Program-made: the position numbers and the translations under genes
The notes under the pieces: model-generated
Told to the model about the DNA's origin: nothing
Databases searched by the model: none
The model's input: only the letters and a program-made list of their open reading frames with translations
DNA from: a virus
Virus record (IMG/VR): IMGVR_UViG_3300033143_002274
Location: 1-64,000 of that record
Reading direction: 5' to 3' (one strand)
DNA length: 64,000 bases
Shown here: piece by piece, positions 47,716 through 57,350 of the stretch
How the letters are laid out: each line of letters opens with the position of its first letter
Numbering within the stretch: the stretch's first letter is position 1

Positions 47716-48944
47716 TGGCAATTAAAACTTATTTGAAGGTTTCTGCCATATGGAAAGAAGCTAAAAAAATATATGTTAATGTTTCTGGTTCATGGAAAAG
47801 TGTCAGAAAAATTTGGGCAAATGTATCAGGTACATGGGAACAAGTATTTGGTAGTCCTGATATACCTGCTGGTGCTATAGTGTTATTCACTGGCGGCACA
47901 ACACCTACAGGTTGGACAGACATCAGTTCTGCAACTGGTACAAGATTTATTATGGGATCAGGAACAACTTATCTTTGGCCGGTAGTAGGTGGAAGTGACA
48001 CAGTAGCTTTGTCCGGTACTACTACTAATATTGGTAGTCATGGTGCTACTAATCCAGAAGAAGGACGAGCATGGGCATTTGGAATTAATGCAGGTTCATG
48101 TTATCCAACAAAACGTGGGACGGAGTTTCTTAGTTGTGGTGGACACGAACACACTCATTCAAAAACTGTCACACTTACCCCCCAATATCAAAATTATAAA
48201 TTAATACAAAATGATGCTGTTACTGCTCATTTACCAATAGGTGCTATATTATTATCTGAAGCTACATTAGATGGATCATGGGGATTATCACAGATAACAG
48301 CACCAGAAAGACTTGTAAGAGTGAATACTGCTTCTGGTGGTACTGGTGGTGTGGTGGAAACTTCAGCGACTGCTGATACAGTTGTCACATCGTCTAATGG
48401 TTCTCATGGACATCATGCCGGGCCACTAATAATAACAGTACCAGATACCGAGAATTATTGTTATGAAGCTAATGTTAGTGCTCCCTTAGCACAGTATGCA
48501 GGTTCACACAGCCATACACTAAGTTATATTTATACCAGAGACTTAGCAAAGTATAAATTATGTGGATGGGACTCAACAACTATTGCTGGTGTAGTTCCTA
48601 ATTCTATAATAATGTATGACTCTGGTACTGCTCCAACAGGATGGGCAATGTGTGATGGCACAAATGGCACACCTGATATGAGAGACAAGATGCTTTATTT
48701 ATCTAGTTTAGCTAATGCAGGATCATCTGGTACTGATTCTTTAACAGTAACTTATAGTACTGACAGTCAAGGGGCACATCAACATGAGGGTGCAGATGAA
48801 ACGGGTGGGGATATATATGGTATCAACAATGATTTATGGCATAAAACGGTTAAAAACGCTCACACCCACACTGGGAGTGTCAGTTCTACTTTTACTCAAC
48901 CAGAATTTAAAGCAATATATTTTATAATGTATGTAGGAGCTTAA
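47715..48944 (+). CDS. distal tail fibre/adhesin with collar-like domains and HxH motifs
   Basis: P.GAI, PTGW..CDGTNGTPD.RD, repeated G.H.H. Confidence 0.85.
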   Translation: MAIKTYLKVSAIWKEAKKIYVNVSGSWKSVRKIWANVSGTWEQVFGSPDIPAGAIVLFTGGTTPTGWTDISSATGTRFIMGSGTTYLWPVVGGSDTVALSGTTTNIGSHGATNPEEGRAWAFGINAGSCYPTKRGTEFLSCGGHEHTHSKTVTLTPQYQNYKLIQNDAVTAHLPIGAILLSEATLDGSWGLSQITAPERLVRVNTASGGTGGVVETSATADTVVTSSNGSHGHHAGPLIITVPDTENYCYEANVSAPLAQYAGSHSHTLSYIYTRDLAKYKLCGWDSTTIAGVVPNSIIMYDSGTAPTGWAMCDGTNGTPDMRDKMLYLSSLANAGSSGTDSLTVTYSTDSQGAHQHEGADETGGDIYGINNDLWHKTVKNAHTHTGSVSSTFTQPEFKAIYFIMYVGA

Positions 48945-48946
48945 TA

Positions 48947-49288
48947 ATGATAATTAATATATCTAAGATGGATGGCGTATTACAAGTTGCTTGTATTGAT
49001 TACACAGTGGATATTGGAAACACGTACCATTTGGAAATGGTTTGGACTGTACCAGATTTTTTAGAAATTTTTCCAGATTTACCATTAACGCCAGATATTG
49101 AATCTGTATCTTATGAAACACACAGTAGCATATACCATGTGTGTACTGTCGATGGAGGGGTAAAAGCATTCCCTACACCCGTAGGACATGTGTTGTTGGA
49201 ATGGATACATACCCATTCTGAACAAATCATACAAGATGGTACGGTAAGAGCAGCATTGGGAGCAGGAGAACCAGATGATAACTTATAA
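48947..49288 (+). CDS. hypothetical protein
   Basis: ORF in the fibre operon. Confidence 0.65.
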   Translation: MIINISKMDGVLQVACIDYTVDIGNTYHLEMVWTVPDFLEIFPDLPLTPDIESVSYETHSSIYHVCTVDGGVKAFPTPVGHVLLEWIHTHSEQIIQDGTVRAALGAGEPDDNL

Positions 49289-50150
49289 CAACAACACAGG
49301 AATTATTCACAAAAATGGCAGAATAGTTCTTTTGACACGAAAACCACTTAATTTGGACATAGTTTATGATTCTTTATACTATGAACCAGAAACGAATAAC
49401 AAGGTTAAAGTAATTGGTAACGTAACTACACCTTTAACAGAAAAGGAATGTGCCAAAATTGCCAAATTTATAAAAAATTATGAACTACCAAAAGAAACCC
49501 ATCTTGTCACACCTGAAGGTGTGTATGCGGGGTTTGGTATAAATGAAGATTTTACGAAGATAGATAGTGCTCCACCTTCAGGTGGTAATTATTATCTGGT
49601 AGATGGTGTATGGACTTGGGTGTTAGCAGTTGATAGTGGTGGTAGATTCTTAGGTAATATACCCATTGATACAACTGGGGTTACAGCAGTAGATTCCACA
49701 CCTGAAAACGAATTCCAGTTATGGGATTTTAGTAATAACAAATGGAAAGATATCAGATCAATAGAACAATATTTGGTAGCAGCTTATATCGACATTAACA
49801 AAGCAGTAAGTGACGCACGTATCAGATATACAACAGATATTGTCGGTCAGGAAAATATCTATAAGTTAAAATTACAAGAAGTTGACAAGTATATAACTGC
49901 GTCAGGCAAAAAAAGTAAAAAAATTAAGGAAACTGATTTTCCTTTGACCAATGCTTATGCTTTGGCTAATGGTATTGATTTAGATTCAGCTATATCTTTG
50001 ACTAACAAAAAATCAGTAGAATGGTTAAGCAAGGAACAAGAGATTGAAATTTTACGGATTAATGTCAAAGCCAAACTTACTAACACCGAAACTATAACAG
50101 AAGCAAAAATCATAGTCACAAAGGTTATTGCTGAGTTAAGCGTATTGTAA
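49275..50150 (+). CDS. tail fibre assembly-like protein
   Basis: P......WD....W, Q...Y..K..E, E..R. Confidence 0.7.
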   Translation: MITYNNNTGIIHKNGRIVLLTRKPLNLDIVYDSLYYEPETNNKVKVIGNVTTPLTEKECAKIAKFIKNYELPKETHLVTPEGVYAGFGINEDFTKIDSAPPSGGNYYLVDGVWTWVLAVDSGGRFLGNIPIDTTGVTAVDSTPENEFQLWDFSNNKWKDIRSIEQYLVAAYIDINKAVSDARIRYTTDIVGQENIYKLKLQEVDKYITASGKKSKKIKETDFPLTNAYALANGIDLDSAISLTNKKSVEWLSKEQEIEILRINVKAKLTNTETITEAKIIVTKVIAELSVL

Positions 50151-50662
50151 TGAACACTAATCAAAAATTATGGTTAGCTGATTTCATATTATCTAACACT
50201 TTTGAAAACGTGTTACCAATCATTAAAGCAGTCAAAGATAATGTTGAATTTGAAGTATTAACTAAAATTGCTGAGTTTGGTATAGCTGAAGGTTACAGAA
50301 AAGAAGAAGGTGTGGTTGATACTCCCAAATTTAAAACGGAAGATATCGGTGTTGTTGGTAATGTCTGGGTCAGAGTACAATACTATCCTACGATTAATGA
50401 TAAGCATGATGGACATAAACACCATCACGATCATTTATCACTGCTTGCCAAAGGGTCATTACGAGTAAAAGTAGAAGGATGTAAGCCTGTTATTTACAAT
50501 GCACCTTGCTTCTTCAGTGTAAAAGCAGAACACCATCATGAATTAATCCCTCTTGAAGATGACACAATTGCCTATTGTATATTTGCCTTACGTAATGATA
50601 AAGGTGAAGTTGTTGATGATTTTGATGGTAACACTTCACATTATGAAATGATTAAAGACTAA
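50150..50662 (+). CDS. cupin-domain protein
   Basis: H.H..DH...LAKG, H.L..LEDDT..YC. Confidence 0.8.
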   Translation: MNTNQKLWLADFILSNTFENVLPIIKAVKDNVEFEVLTKIAEFGIAEGYRKEEGVVDTPKFKTEDIGVVGNVWVRVQYYPTINDKHDGHKHHHDHLSLLAKGSLRVKVEGCKPVIYNAPCFFSVKAEHHHELIPLEDDTIAYCIFALRNDKGEVVDDFDGNTSHYEMIKD

Positions 50663-51207
50663 TGGATTTTGACAGTAACTATAAATTTTTAGGTGAAGTT
50701 GATGTCACATCATTAATTGAAACTATTTCATCACTGTCTGATGAATGGTTAGAAGATACTGAGGTTTCTGATAGATACCGAACTCATAGAGAGACTGAAA
50801 TAATCAGACTTAAATGGCCTACCGACTTAGGTGTATTTGAGTCTGCCACGAAAACTGCTAACTGGGATAAGTTTGGATATTTAGTTGAACCAGTAATAGA
50901 TATTATATCCGAAATTTATGGTGAGGGGTATCCAACCAGAGTAATGTTCAATAATCTAAATCCTGATGCTACAATTTCCAGACATACTGATAATGGTTCA
51001 CTTTTAACACAGATACACAGAATACATTTACCTATCTTGACGAATGATGATGTTCACTTTGTTATTAATGATGAACGCATCATAATGCCTGTTGGAAAGT
51101 TATGCGAGATTAACAATCAACGATATCATTCTGTGGTAAATAAGGGAACAACTGGCAGGGTTCATTTACTAATAGATTACTATGCACCAAAAACAAATAT
51201 TCTATAA
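50662..51207 (+). CDS. aspartyl/asparaginyl beta-hydroxylase-like 2OG-Fe(II) enzyme
   Basis: HTD, RIHLPI.TN, EINN...HSV.N.G...RVHL.ID. Confidence 0.88.
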   Translation: MDFDSNYKFLGEVDVTSLIETISSLSDEWLEDTEVSDRYRTHRETEIIRLKWPTDLGVFESATKTANWDKFGYLVEPVIDIISEIYGEGYPTRVMFNNLNPDATISRHTDNGSLLTQIHRIHLPILTNDDVHFVINDERIIMPVGKLCEINNQRYHSVVNKGTTGRVHLLIDYYAPKTNIL

Positions 51208-51781
51208 AAATCTTATTGACCGCGATACATGTAACGAAATTTGCCTGTGGGCGAAAGAGTTACGTTCTAAAAATATCCTTAAACTAAGAAGTAAAAAAGA
51301 TCATAACCAAGTAGAACACGAAGGACAGTTTGCTGGTATGAGATACGGAACAAAAATTAAGGATTTGGGGGTAGAACCTCATTCAGCTTATCTAAGATTA
51401 TTCAATACCGTTGCAAACGAAGTGCGAGATATCATTGGTGATGAACCTGAAGAATCAACATCTGTAGGACATTCCATAATGTACCATGAATATGGTGTCA
51501 CCATATTAAACCATTATGACAATGGCACTAAATATGGAGATACCGTGTACAGATGTAATGTGATGATAAATAAGTCTATGGAAGGTGGTGAACCCACCTT
51601 TGAAAACGTTAAGTACTCTGTTGATGTAGGTGACATGTGGACGAACTGGGGAGATCAGTTTATACATGGTACTGAAATGACATCAGGTGATGAACCAAGA
51701 ATACTAATATCTTTGGCATTCAAAGTTAAAAGAAACAAAGAAAACACTTTTAAGGAACAAGATAAAACATTATGGAACTAA
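51182..51781 (+). CDS. 2OG-Fe(II) oxygenase (paralog of 2302..2811)
   Basis: HYD, RCN.M.NK...GG.P, H, PRI.IS. Confidence 0.8.
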   Translation: MHQKQIFYKNLIDRDTCNEICLWAKELRSKNILKLRSKKDHNQVEHEGQFAGMRYGTKIKDLGVEPHSAYLRLFNTVANEVRDIIGDEPEESTSVGHSIMYHEYGVTILNHYDNGTKYGDTVYRCNVMINKSMEGGEPTFENVKYSVDVGDMWTNWGDQFIHGTEMTSGDEPRILISLAFKVKRNKENTFKEQDKTLWN

Positions 51782-52152
51782 CACTAGAATACTTTTTATA
51801 CTTTAACATATCATTCTTTGTAAGAATGGTATTAATTTTCACCTTGATGATGAAGTTTTACAATCAGGTAGATAAAGAAGGTGACATATGGTTGATAGTC
51901 GAATGGCCTTGGAAAGCAGTAGCAGTCGTATTCTTTGTCGTTGATATCATATATAACTGGTACTCAACCTTAACTTTCTGGGATAAACCAGCATCATATG
52001 ACGAAACGTTCTCATGGAGAATGGACAGGTACATCACAGCATACAAAGGCAAAGATAATCTGACCTTACTGGAAAAATGGCGTTACTATTTCGCAATCGG
52101 AACATGTAAAGTTCTGAGTTGGAGTGATCCAAAGCACTGCGGTGGCATCTAA
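51772..52152 (+). CDS. membrane protein
   Basis: TM segments, ET.S.R, DP.HC. Confidence 0.7.
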   Translation: MELTLEYFLYFNISFFVRMVLIFTLMMKFYNQVDKEGDIWLIVEWPWKAVAVVFFVVDIIYNWYSTLTFWDKPASYDETFSWRMDRYITAYKGKDNLTLLEKWRYYFAIGTCKVLSWSDPKHCGGI

Positions 52153-52189
52153 ATCATAAATACTCTTATATACATATAGGAGTTTTAGG

Positions 52190-52543
52190 ATGTTCAAATA
52201 TTTAGTTTTACTGGTAATCCCATTTAGTGTTATGGCAAGTGATCCACATCACGATCATGATCATGACGGTGGTGGTACTACAACCAACACAACACAAATC
52301 ACAAACATATACAATACCACAAGTGTTGCTATTGCAGGTGCAGTTGCACATGCAGCAAAATGTGATTCAACTACATTTTCACTACAGGGTTCTGTTGGAC
52401 TCAGTAATTATAAAGGTACTAATGCCGCAGCATTTGGTTTATGTCAACGGTATGATGATTTGACTGCCGGTCTATCTATTGCCCACCAAGAAGGTGATAA
52501 AGATCCGATGGTAAGTGTTGGTATTCATTGGAGATTCCCATAA
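52190..52543 (+). CDS. secreted protein with YadA-like anchor domain
   Basis: Signal peptide; VA.A.A helix; SVG..NY.G..A.A.G; four beta strands ending WRF. Confidence 0.7.
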   Translation: MFKYLVLLVIPFSVMASDPHHDHDHDGGGTTTNTTQITNIYNTTSVAIAGAVAHAAKCDSTTFSLQGSVGLSNYKGTNAAAFGLCQRYDDLTAGLSIAHQEGDKDPMVSVGIHWRFP

Positions 52544-52794
52544 TGGCAAAGGATATTTACGACAAGATACAAATAATGTCTGGTGTGTGTAAGGACAACT
52601 GGAAACTGTTAGTGATAATTTTCGCAAGTTTGACAGGTAATATATTACAGGCAACGTGGACTGACAACATCAAGAAAGTTACTGAGTCTAAACCTGCACA
52701 GACAATCACCATCAAAGAAAAATGTAAACCACAAGTATGTGTATGCAAGTGTGAAATACCAATAGGCAAACATGTACGCAAGTATCACGAGTAA
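52543..52794 (+). CDS. membrane hypothetical protein
   Basis: Coupled ORF. Confidence 0.6.
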   Translation: MAKDIYDKIQIMSGVCKDNWKLLVIIFASLTGNILQATWTDNIKKVTESKPAQTITIKEKCKPQVCVCKCEIPIGKHVRKYHE

Positions 52795-53104
52795 ATTACT
52801 CGTACTGTTACTTTTGTTTGGTCTTGTTGGGTGTGATTCTAATCCGAAGATTAAGATGACTCATTTTGATACAGCACCTGAAATCTTTATTGTATTCACA
52901 GAAGATTTTACTGATATCAGAAACAAATATGACAACCAATTAATAGTTGGATTGACTGAGTGGAAAGACGGTGTGTGTTATATATACGTCCCCCCATTAA
53001 AAGATGTGTATGACAGTATCAGTATGTGTGTTATCGGTCATGAAATTATGCATTGTGTTCTGGGATACTTCCATAATGAAGATGAAGGTAATAGTTGTTA
53101 TTGA
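52772..53104 (+). CDS. lipoprotein with HExxH zincin motif
   Basis: LVGC lipobox; GHEIMHC..G.FH. Confidence 0.75.
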   Translation: MYASITSKLLVLLLLFGLVGCDSNPKIKMTHFDTAPEIFIVFTEDFTDIRNKYDNQLIVGLTEWKDGVCYIYVPPLKDVYDSISMCVIGHEIMHCVLGYFHNEDEGNSCY

Positions 53105-53148
53105 CAATTTTCATTTGATAATATAGTATCTGCTCAGGGGTACTAATT

Positions 53149-53415
53149 ATGTATGATAAATTGTTCGATGTATTACAGGCTAACTACAATCTTCCGGTTA
53201 CACCAAAGATGATGGAAGATATGGGTATGAAGTTGGTGGAAGGTGCGTTAAATATACCAAACGTTTGGTGGACTAATTCATATCAATCCGGTTATATAGT
53301 AATAAACCTCAGTGGTAATGAATCAATCTTTGATGTGGTTAAATCAATCATTAATGAAGATGCTGCTGCTTACGAAACCGAAGTTGCAGAAGAACGTGCT
53401 GGTATAGATATTTAG
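53149..53415 (+). CDS. hypothetical protein
   Basis: Follows TTGACA-17-TAGTAT at 53101. Confidence 0.65.
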   Translation: MYDKLFDVLQANYNLPVTPKMMEDMGMKLVEGALNIPNVWWTNSYQSGYIVINLSGNESIFDVVKSIINEDAAAYETEVAEERAGIDI

Positions 53416-54911
53416 AATATTACTGGCAAGGGATCAAACTCACTGTCATCAAGTTCCCCTATTAACTCAACACTGTTCAATGTGTCGTAAACATCTGCTT
53501 CCCATTGAGCAAGTTCCTCAATCATATTACAAAACAGTACAACACCCATTACCAAGTCATCTGTCTTACCAGTTTCAGCAGCGAACGATGCACCTTTCTT
53601 AATAAAGAATTTCAATTCACTTATCAGAAACTTACTGTTAATTTTCATACGATCAGATTCAATTAAGTCCTTCATACGAGTACATCCCTTCATCTTGGTT
53701 TTGTTGGTTGTAAGGATACCATCATGCTTCCCTATGCTGACCATTTCAGCCTTATCCAGAATCTTATCAGTTGTATTACGAAGTAATTGTGTTACCCCCA
53801 TACCGATACTGTTTGCTTCCACGGTGTAATAGATTTGACCTGCACCCTTATCATATAAATTTTTGAGTATCTTCAGAAAGACTTTGGTGAAATCTGTGAT
53901 GTTCAATAAGTTGTTTCTGAACTCAGCAAGTTGTTCAAATGTTTCTAAATCGAATACTTGTACGGTGGTATAATCTTGTCCTGTACCTGTACCAACATCA
54001 ACACTTACGCCTAAGTTTCTTTTGGATACTGATTTGAAATATCTTAAATCACCAAACGTAGTCATGACATCTTTAGGTACTAATGCTTCGAGTATAGGCG
54101 AATAAATTAATGTTCCTGATGATGACAAGAATGCATTCTCATACTCTTGTGCATACTCAGTTGCTGACATATCCTTCAGCATCATTTCTTTAAAATTTTC
54201 GTCCCTATCAGGTACTTGACTGTTGACTACTTCAATCGGGTTATAATCGTTTGTTCCTTGTAATGCTCTGAACCATAACTCAGCAAACTTTCCTTCTGAA
54301 CCATTAGGTGTGCTGGTTGCAATCATTCTGCTGTTGGGTGCTGACAATGATGGCAGAATTGCTTTCCACCATTCTTCCATGATGTTAGGTTTGATGAACG
54401 CCATTTCATCCACATAGAGTATTGATAATGACATACCACGATATGTACTTTCTGTGGTTGTCTGTGACATAATTTTAGAGTTATTACTGAATACAATATC
54501 GAATACGTTATAACTTGTTACGGCAGGTTTGATCCATGTAGGTAAATTTTCATATGCATATCTGAATCTGGATATAATTTCTTTTGCACCACTACCTTTG
54601 TGGGCTGTTACCCCAATGATAACATCAGGAAAGAAAATTGCCTGATGTAAAAGGTATGCAACGATTGTTGTGGTCTTACCGGATTGTCTTACCTGACATA
54701 AGATAGTCTTATTGTATTCTTGTAAATCTTCAATAACTTGTAATTGGTAATCATATAGATCGAAAAGAACTGCACCACGTGTGGGATGCTGTATGTACAC
54801 ATAATTTCTGATGAAGTATTCAATGTCACCAATACATTTTGCCATTTCAATTGCTTGTTTTTTGGTTATGTTATTATCATCTGTTAATAACTTGACCCCA
54901 AGTTTAGGCAT
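53412..54911 (-). CDS. gp17: terminase large subunit (gp17-like)
   Basis: YQ motif, RQSGKTT, YVDEMAF, STPNG, D.G.G.G.DY, DDLVM. Confidence 0.97.
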   Translation of the reverse strand: MPKLGVKLLTDDNNITKKQAIEMAKCIGDIEYFIRNYVYIQHPTRGAVLFDLYDYQLQVIEDLQEYNKTILCQVRQSGKTTTIVAYLLHQAIFFPDVIIGVTAHKGSGAKEIISRFRYAYENLPTWIKPAVTSYNVFDIVFSNNSKIMSQTTTESTYRGMSLSILYVDEMAFIKPNIMEEWWKAILPSLSAPNSRMIATSTPNGSEGKFAELWFRALQGTNDYNPIEVVNSQVPDRDENFKEMMLKDMSATEYAQEYENAFLSSSGTLIYSPILEALVPKDVMTTFGDLRYFKSVSKRNLGVSVDVGTGTGQDYTTVQVFDLETFEQLAEFRNNLLNITDFTKVFLKILKNLYDKGAGQIYYTVEANSIGMGVTQLLRNTTDKILDKAEMVSIGKHDGILTTNKTKMKGCTRMKDLIESDRMKINSKFLISELKFFIKKGASFAAETGKTDDLVMGVVLFCNMIEELAQWEADVYDTLNSVELIGELDDSEFDPLPVIF

Positions 54912-55558
54912 TACTCATACCCTTCTCTAATTTCATCTGCGAATCCATACTTGACTGCTTCTTCTGCGGTCAAATAGAATTCTTCTTTTTCACTCATGTT
55001 CTTCACTAACCATTTGGTTATGTGTTTGATTGTTTTACCTTTCCAGAAACTTTGTTTACGTAGATGACTGACGTACACAGCAATCATTTGCTCAGATGCT
55101 TTTTCGTTTTGCTCATATTCAGTTCTGAATTGTTTGATTGTTCCACCTGTATGAATACTCCCTTCATGAATCATATAGGTACTGTGAGGCATCATGATGC
55201 GTTTGTCTGCGGCAAGGTATATCAAAGATGACATACTTCGCGCATGGGTGTAGTTTATGATGGTTACGGTGTTGTTACATGCTTTGATTGCATCATAGAT
55301 TGCCATACCTTCAGTCCATTCACCACCACATGTTTTCATATGAATAGTAATGGGTTCATCAGAATTATTAGACAGGATGTTCAGGTTTTTGATGAATCTG
55401 TTTGCCATAAGAAATTCGACACCGGGTTCACCAGTTTCCTCGACACCAATACCAGAAACATAAGTTTCTTCGCCTATCAGATAAATTTCATTATTGACAA
55501 CATCTATTCCACTGATGTGGATGTCGTGGATTACATCATTACTTACTATTTTTGTCAT
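54911..55558 (-). CDS. ClpP-like protease
   Basis: T.GG....G.AIYD, ARSM (Ser), MIHE (His), LTAEEAVKYGFAD. Confidence 0.9.
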   Translation of the reverse strand: MTKIVSNDVIHDIHISGIDVVNNEIYLIGEETYVSGIGVEETGEPGVEFLMANRFIKNLNILSNNSDEPITIHMKTCGGEWTEGMAIYDAIKACNNTVTIINYTHARSMSSLIYLAADKRIMMPHSTYMIHEGSIHTGGTIKQFRTEYEQNEKASEQMIAVYVSHLRKQSFWKGKTIKHITKWLVKNMSEKEEFYLTAEEAVKYGFADEIREGYE

Positions 55559-55859
55559 TCTTGTTCACACAATCTTTGTAGTAACGAATAATTGCATTTT
55601 TCTTTTTGATGTGTTCCAAAATCTCAGCAGTGTTAATTGACATCTTCTCATAACCAGTTGGTGTCACCGATACCCATAACACTCCATTCACATCTTTGAC
55701 AACATAGAACGTTGGAGTACGCATTACAATCTGCCCAGCTTTAGGTGGTGTCAGACACGTGTTCACATGTTCAGTAGACACATTGACCACGTTAGGTTTT
55801 ACCCCGCTACATGCGCTCATAAGCAGTCCCATGAGTAGTAATACTATTAGTTTATTCAT
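55539..55859 (-). CDS. o-spanin-like lipoprotein
   Basis: MSAC lipobox; follows i-spanin. Confidence 0.7.
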   Translation of the reverse strand: MNKLIVLLLMGLLMSACSGVKPNVVNVSTEHVNTCLTPPKAGQIVMRTPTFYVVKDVNGVLWVSVTPTGYEKMSINTAEILEHIKKKNAIIRYYKDCVNKNDKNSK

Positions 55860-56226
55860 TGCGACTTGCTTCCTCGATTTCTTTAAAAATCTTCTTTGTG
55901 GCAGCATTCATCTTCTTTGTGATCCATGCAGGTTTAGCATTATAAAGTTTGGTGAAATTGTGATCAGCGAATAATTTGATGACTGCATTTTTTGATTCAA
56001 CTGCTTTAAAGAATTTGACGTTTAGCTCACCATTGAGCACTTGAGTTCGGGCAAGGTCTTCTTTAAATTGTGATTTTTCAGCAGAAAGGACATCGTTAGC
56101 AAGCTGAAGTTTGCCTACATTAGCAGTAAGTGTTGCATTATCTTGTTGAAGATTGGTTACGTATGTGTAACCTAAGTAGATTATCAGTAGTACCGCAGCA
56201 CCACCAATCATTTTTGCATATAACAT
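55852..56226 (-). CDS. i-spanin-like protein
   Basis: N-terminal TM plus coiled coil, downstream of endolysin/holin. Confidence 0.7.
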   Translation of the reverse strand: MLYAKMIGGAAVLLIIYLGYTYVTNLQQDNATLTANVGKLQLANDVLSAEKSQFKEDLARTQVLNGELNVKFFKAVESKNAVIKLFADHNFTKLYNAKPAWITKKMNAATKKIFKEIEEASRNE

Positions 56227-56262
56227 ATATCCCCCTATATGAGTCTATATGTATTTAGGGAG

Positions 56263-56538
56263 TTAAATTTGTCTGGTGAAAATAGAATCAGCAGTATATC
56301 CAGCAAGCAGTGCTGCAATATATGAGATTTCGCCAGTTGATATCATCAAGAAGAATCCAGCAATACCACCCAACACAGATAATGTCGTTTGATAAGGGAA
56401 TTTCATGAAGTAATCTTTCGGTGAAATTAGTGTGCCTTGCTTGTTTAGTTCAGCAAGTTTTTTAACCATATGAGCAATAACGCCCATTGCCATTGCACCA
56501 AAGTAAAGTCCGTATTGTAAGTAGTTAATATCTTCCAT
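56263..56538 (-). CDS. putative holin
   Basis: Small 3-TM protein next to the endolysin. Confidence 0.65.
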   Translation of the reverse strand: MEDINYLQYGLYFGAMAMGVIAHMVKKLAELNKQGTLISPKDYFMKFPYQTTLSVLGGIAGFFLMISTGEISYIAALLAGYTADSIFTRQI

Positions 56539-56546
56539 AGTAGTAT

Positions 56547-56999
56547 TTATAATTTTAGTTCAATATGTGGGAGGTCATGAAACTTTTGGTCAAGTAAGTT
56601 CTTATCAGAATCCCAATCTGCACCCATACGAATAGGTATATCCAATTCTTCTGCAATACGTTTTACATACCCAAGAAACATATAGAATGCACCGATAGTT
56701 CTAAGATATTCTTCTGAGGTTTGTGTGTCAGGATTAGGCCAGATTTGACCACCCATTTCGGGTATATATGGAACAATATCTACCGCAGTAGAAAGTGCTG
56801 GGGGAATTGCGTTATGCTTTGAGTTAGGCCATTTAACCGTAGTTACCTTACGTTCAAAATATTCATCTTGTATATATCTGGGTCTGCGTCCTTCTATAAT
56901 AGAACAATCAAACCCCTTCACAACTTCTTCCATAAGACGTTGTAAACTTGGATGACAAGTTTCCAATCTGGATCTTGATTTGCTGCCGAAGCTAGGCAT
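56547..56999 (-). CDS. endolysin, M15 L-Ala-D-Glu peptidase type
   Basis: EG.R...Q, SKH, AVD, DLPHIEL. Confidence 0.92.
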   Translation of the reverse strand: MPSFGSKSRSRLETCHPSLQRLMEEVVKGFDCSIIEGRRPRYIQDEYFERKVTTVKWPNSKHNAIPPALSTAVDIVPYIPEMGGQIWPNPDTQTSEEYLRTIGAFYMFLGYVKRIAEELDIPIRMGADWDSDKNLLDQKFHDLPHIELKL

Positions 57000-57259
57000 T
57001 ATGGTTTTTTGTCTGACTTTCTGTCTAACTTTTCATCAATACGATCTAACTTAGTGAAAAGGTTATCAATTATGTATTGGAAATCTGTCTTCCCTACATA
57101 ACGGTTACTTAAGTTCGATATCAAATCGTAATGATTATCTTTTAGTTTTTCGTGCTTGTCGCTCATTTCTTTAATTCTCCCAAGAATTATTCTTATGAAT
57201 GCTGACAGGATAATACCTGATAGACCTAACGCCCAATTTAATAGTTCTGCTGTTGACAT
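56999..57259 (-). CDS. membrane-anchored lysis-associated protein
   Basis: TM plus coiled coil YV.K.DF...KLDRI..KLD. Confidence 0.7.
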   Translation of the reverse strand: MSTAELLNWALGLSGIILSAFIRIILGRIKEMSDKHEKLKDNHYDLISNLSNRYVGKTDFQYIIDNLFTKLDRIDEKLDRKSDKKP

Positions 57260-57290
57260 GTTTTACCCTAATTTTCATAAATACTTACTA

Positions 57291-57350
57291 GACTGAGTTG
57301 TAGAAGTTTCGTTTTTCCTCCTTTTAACGTTGCTTCTCGCTCAGTTTTTT
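57291..57350 (+). ncRNA. candidate late small RNA with anti-SD loop
   Basis: CATAAATA at 57276; nested helices ACTGAG/CTCAGT, AGAAG/CTTCT, CGTT/AACG; loop TTTCCTCCTTTT; ends in a T run. Confidence 0.5.

Noticed and set aside
47224-48944. Diversity-generating retroelement at the tail fibre
   Set aside because: The repeats are in-frame and intragenic, the differences are not adenine-specific, and there is no reverse transcriptase in the window.
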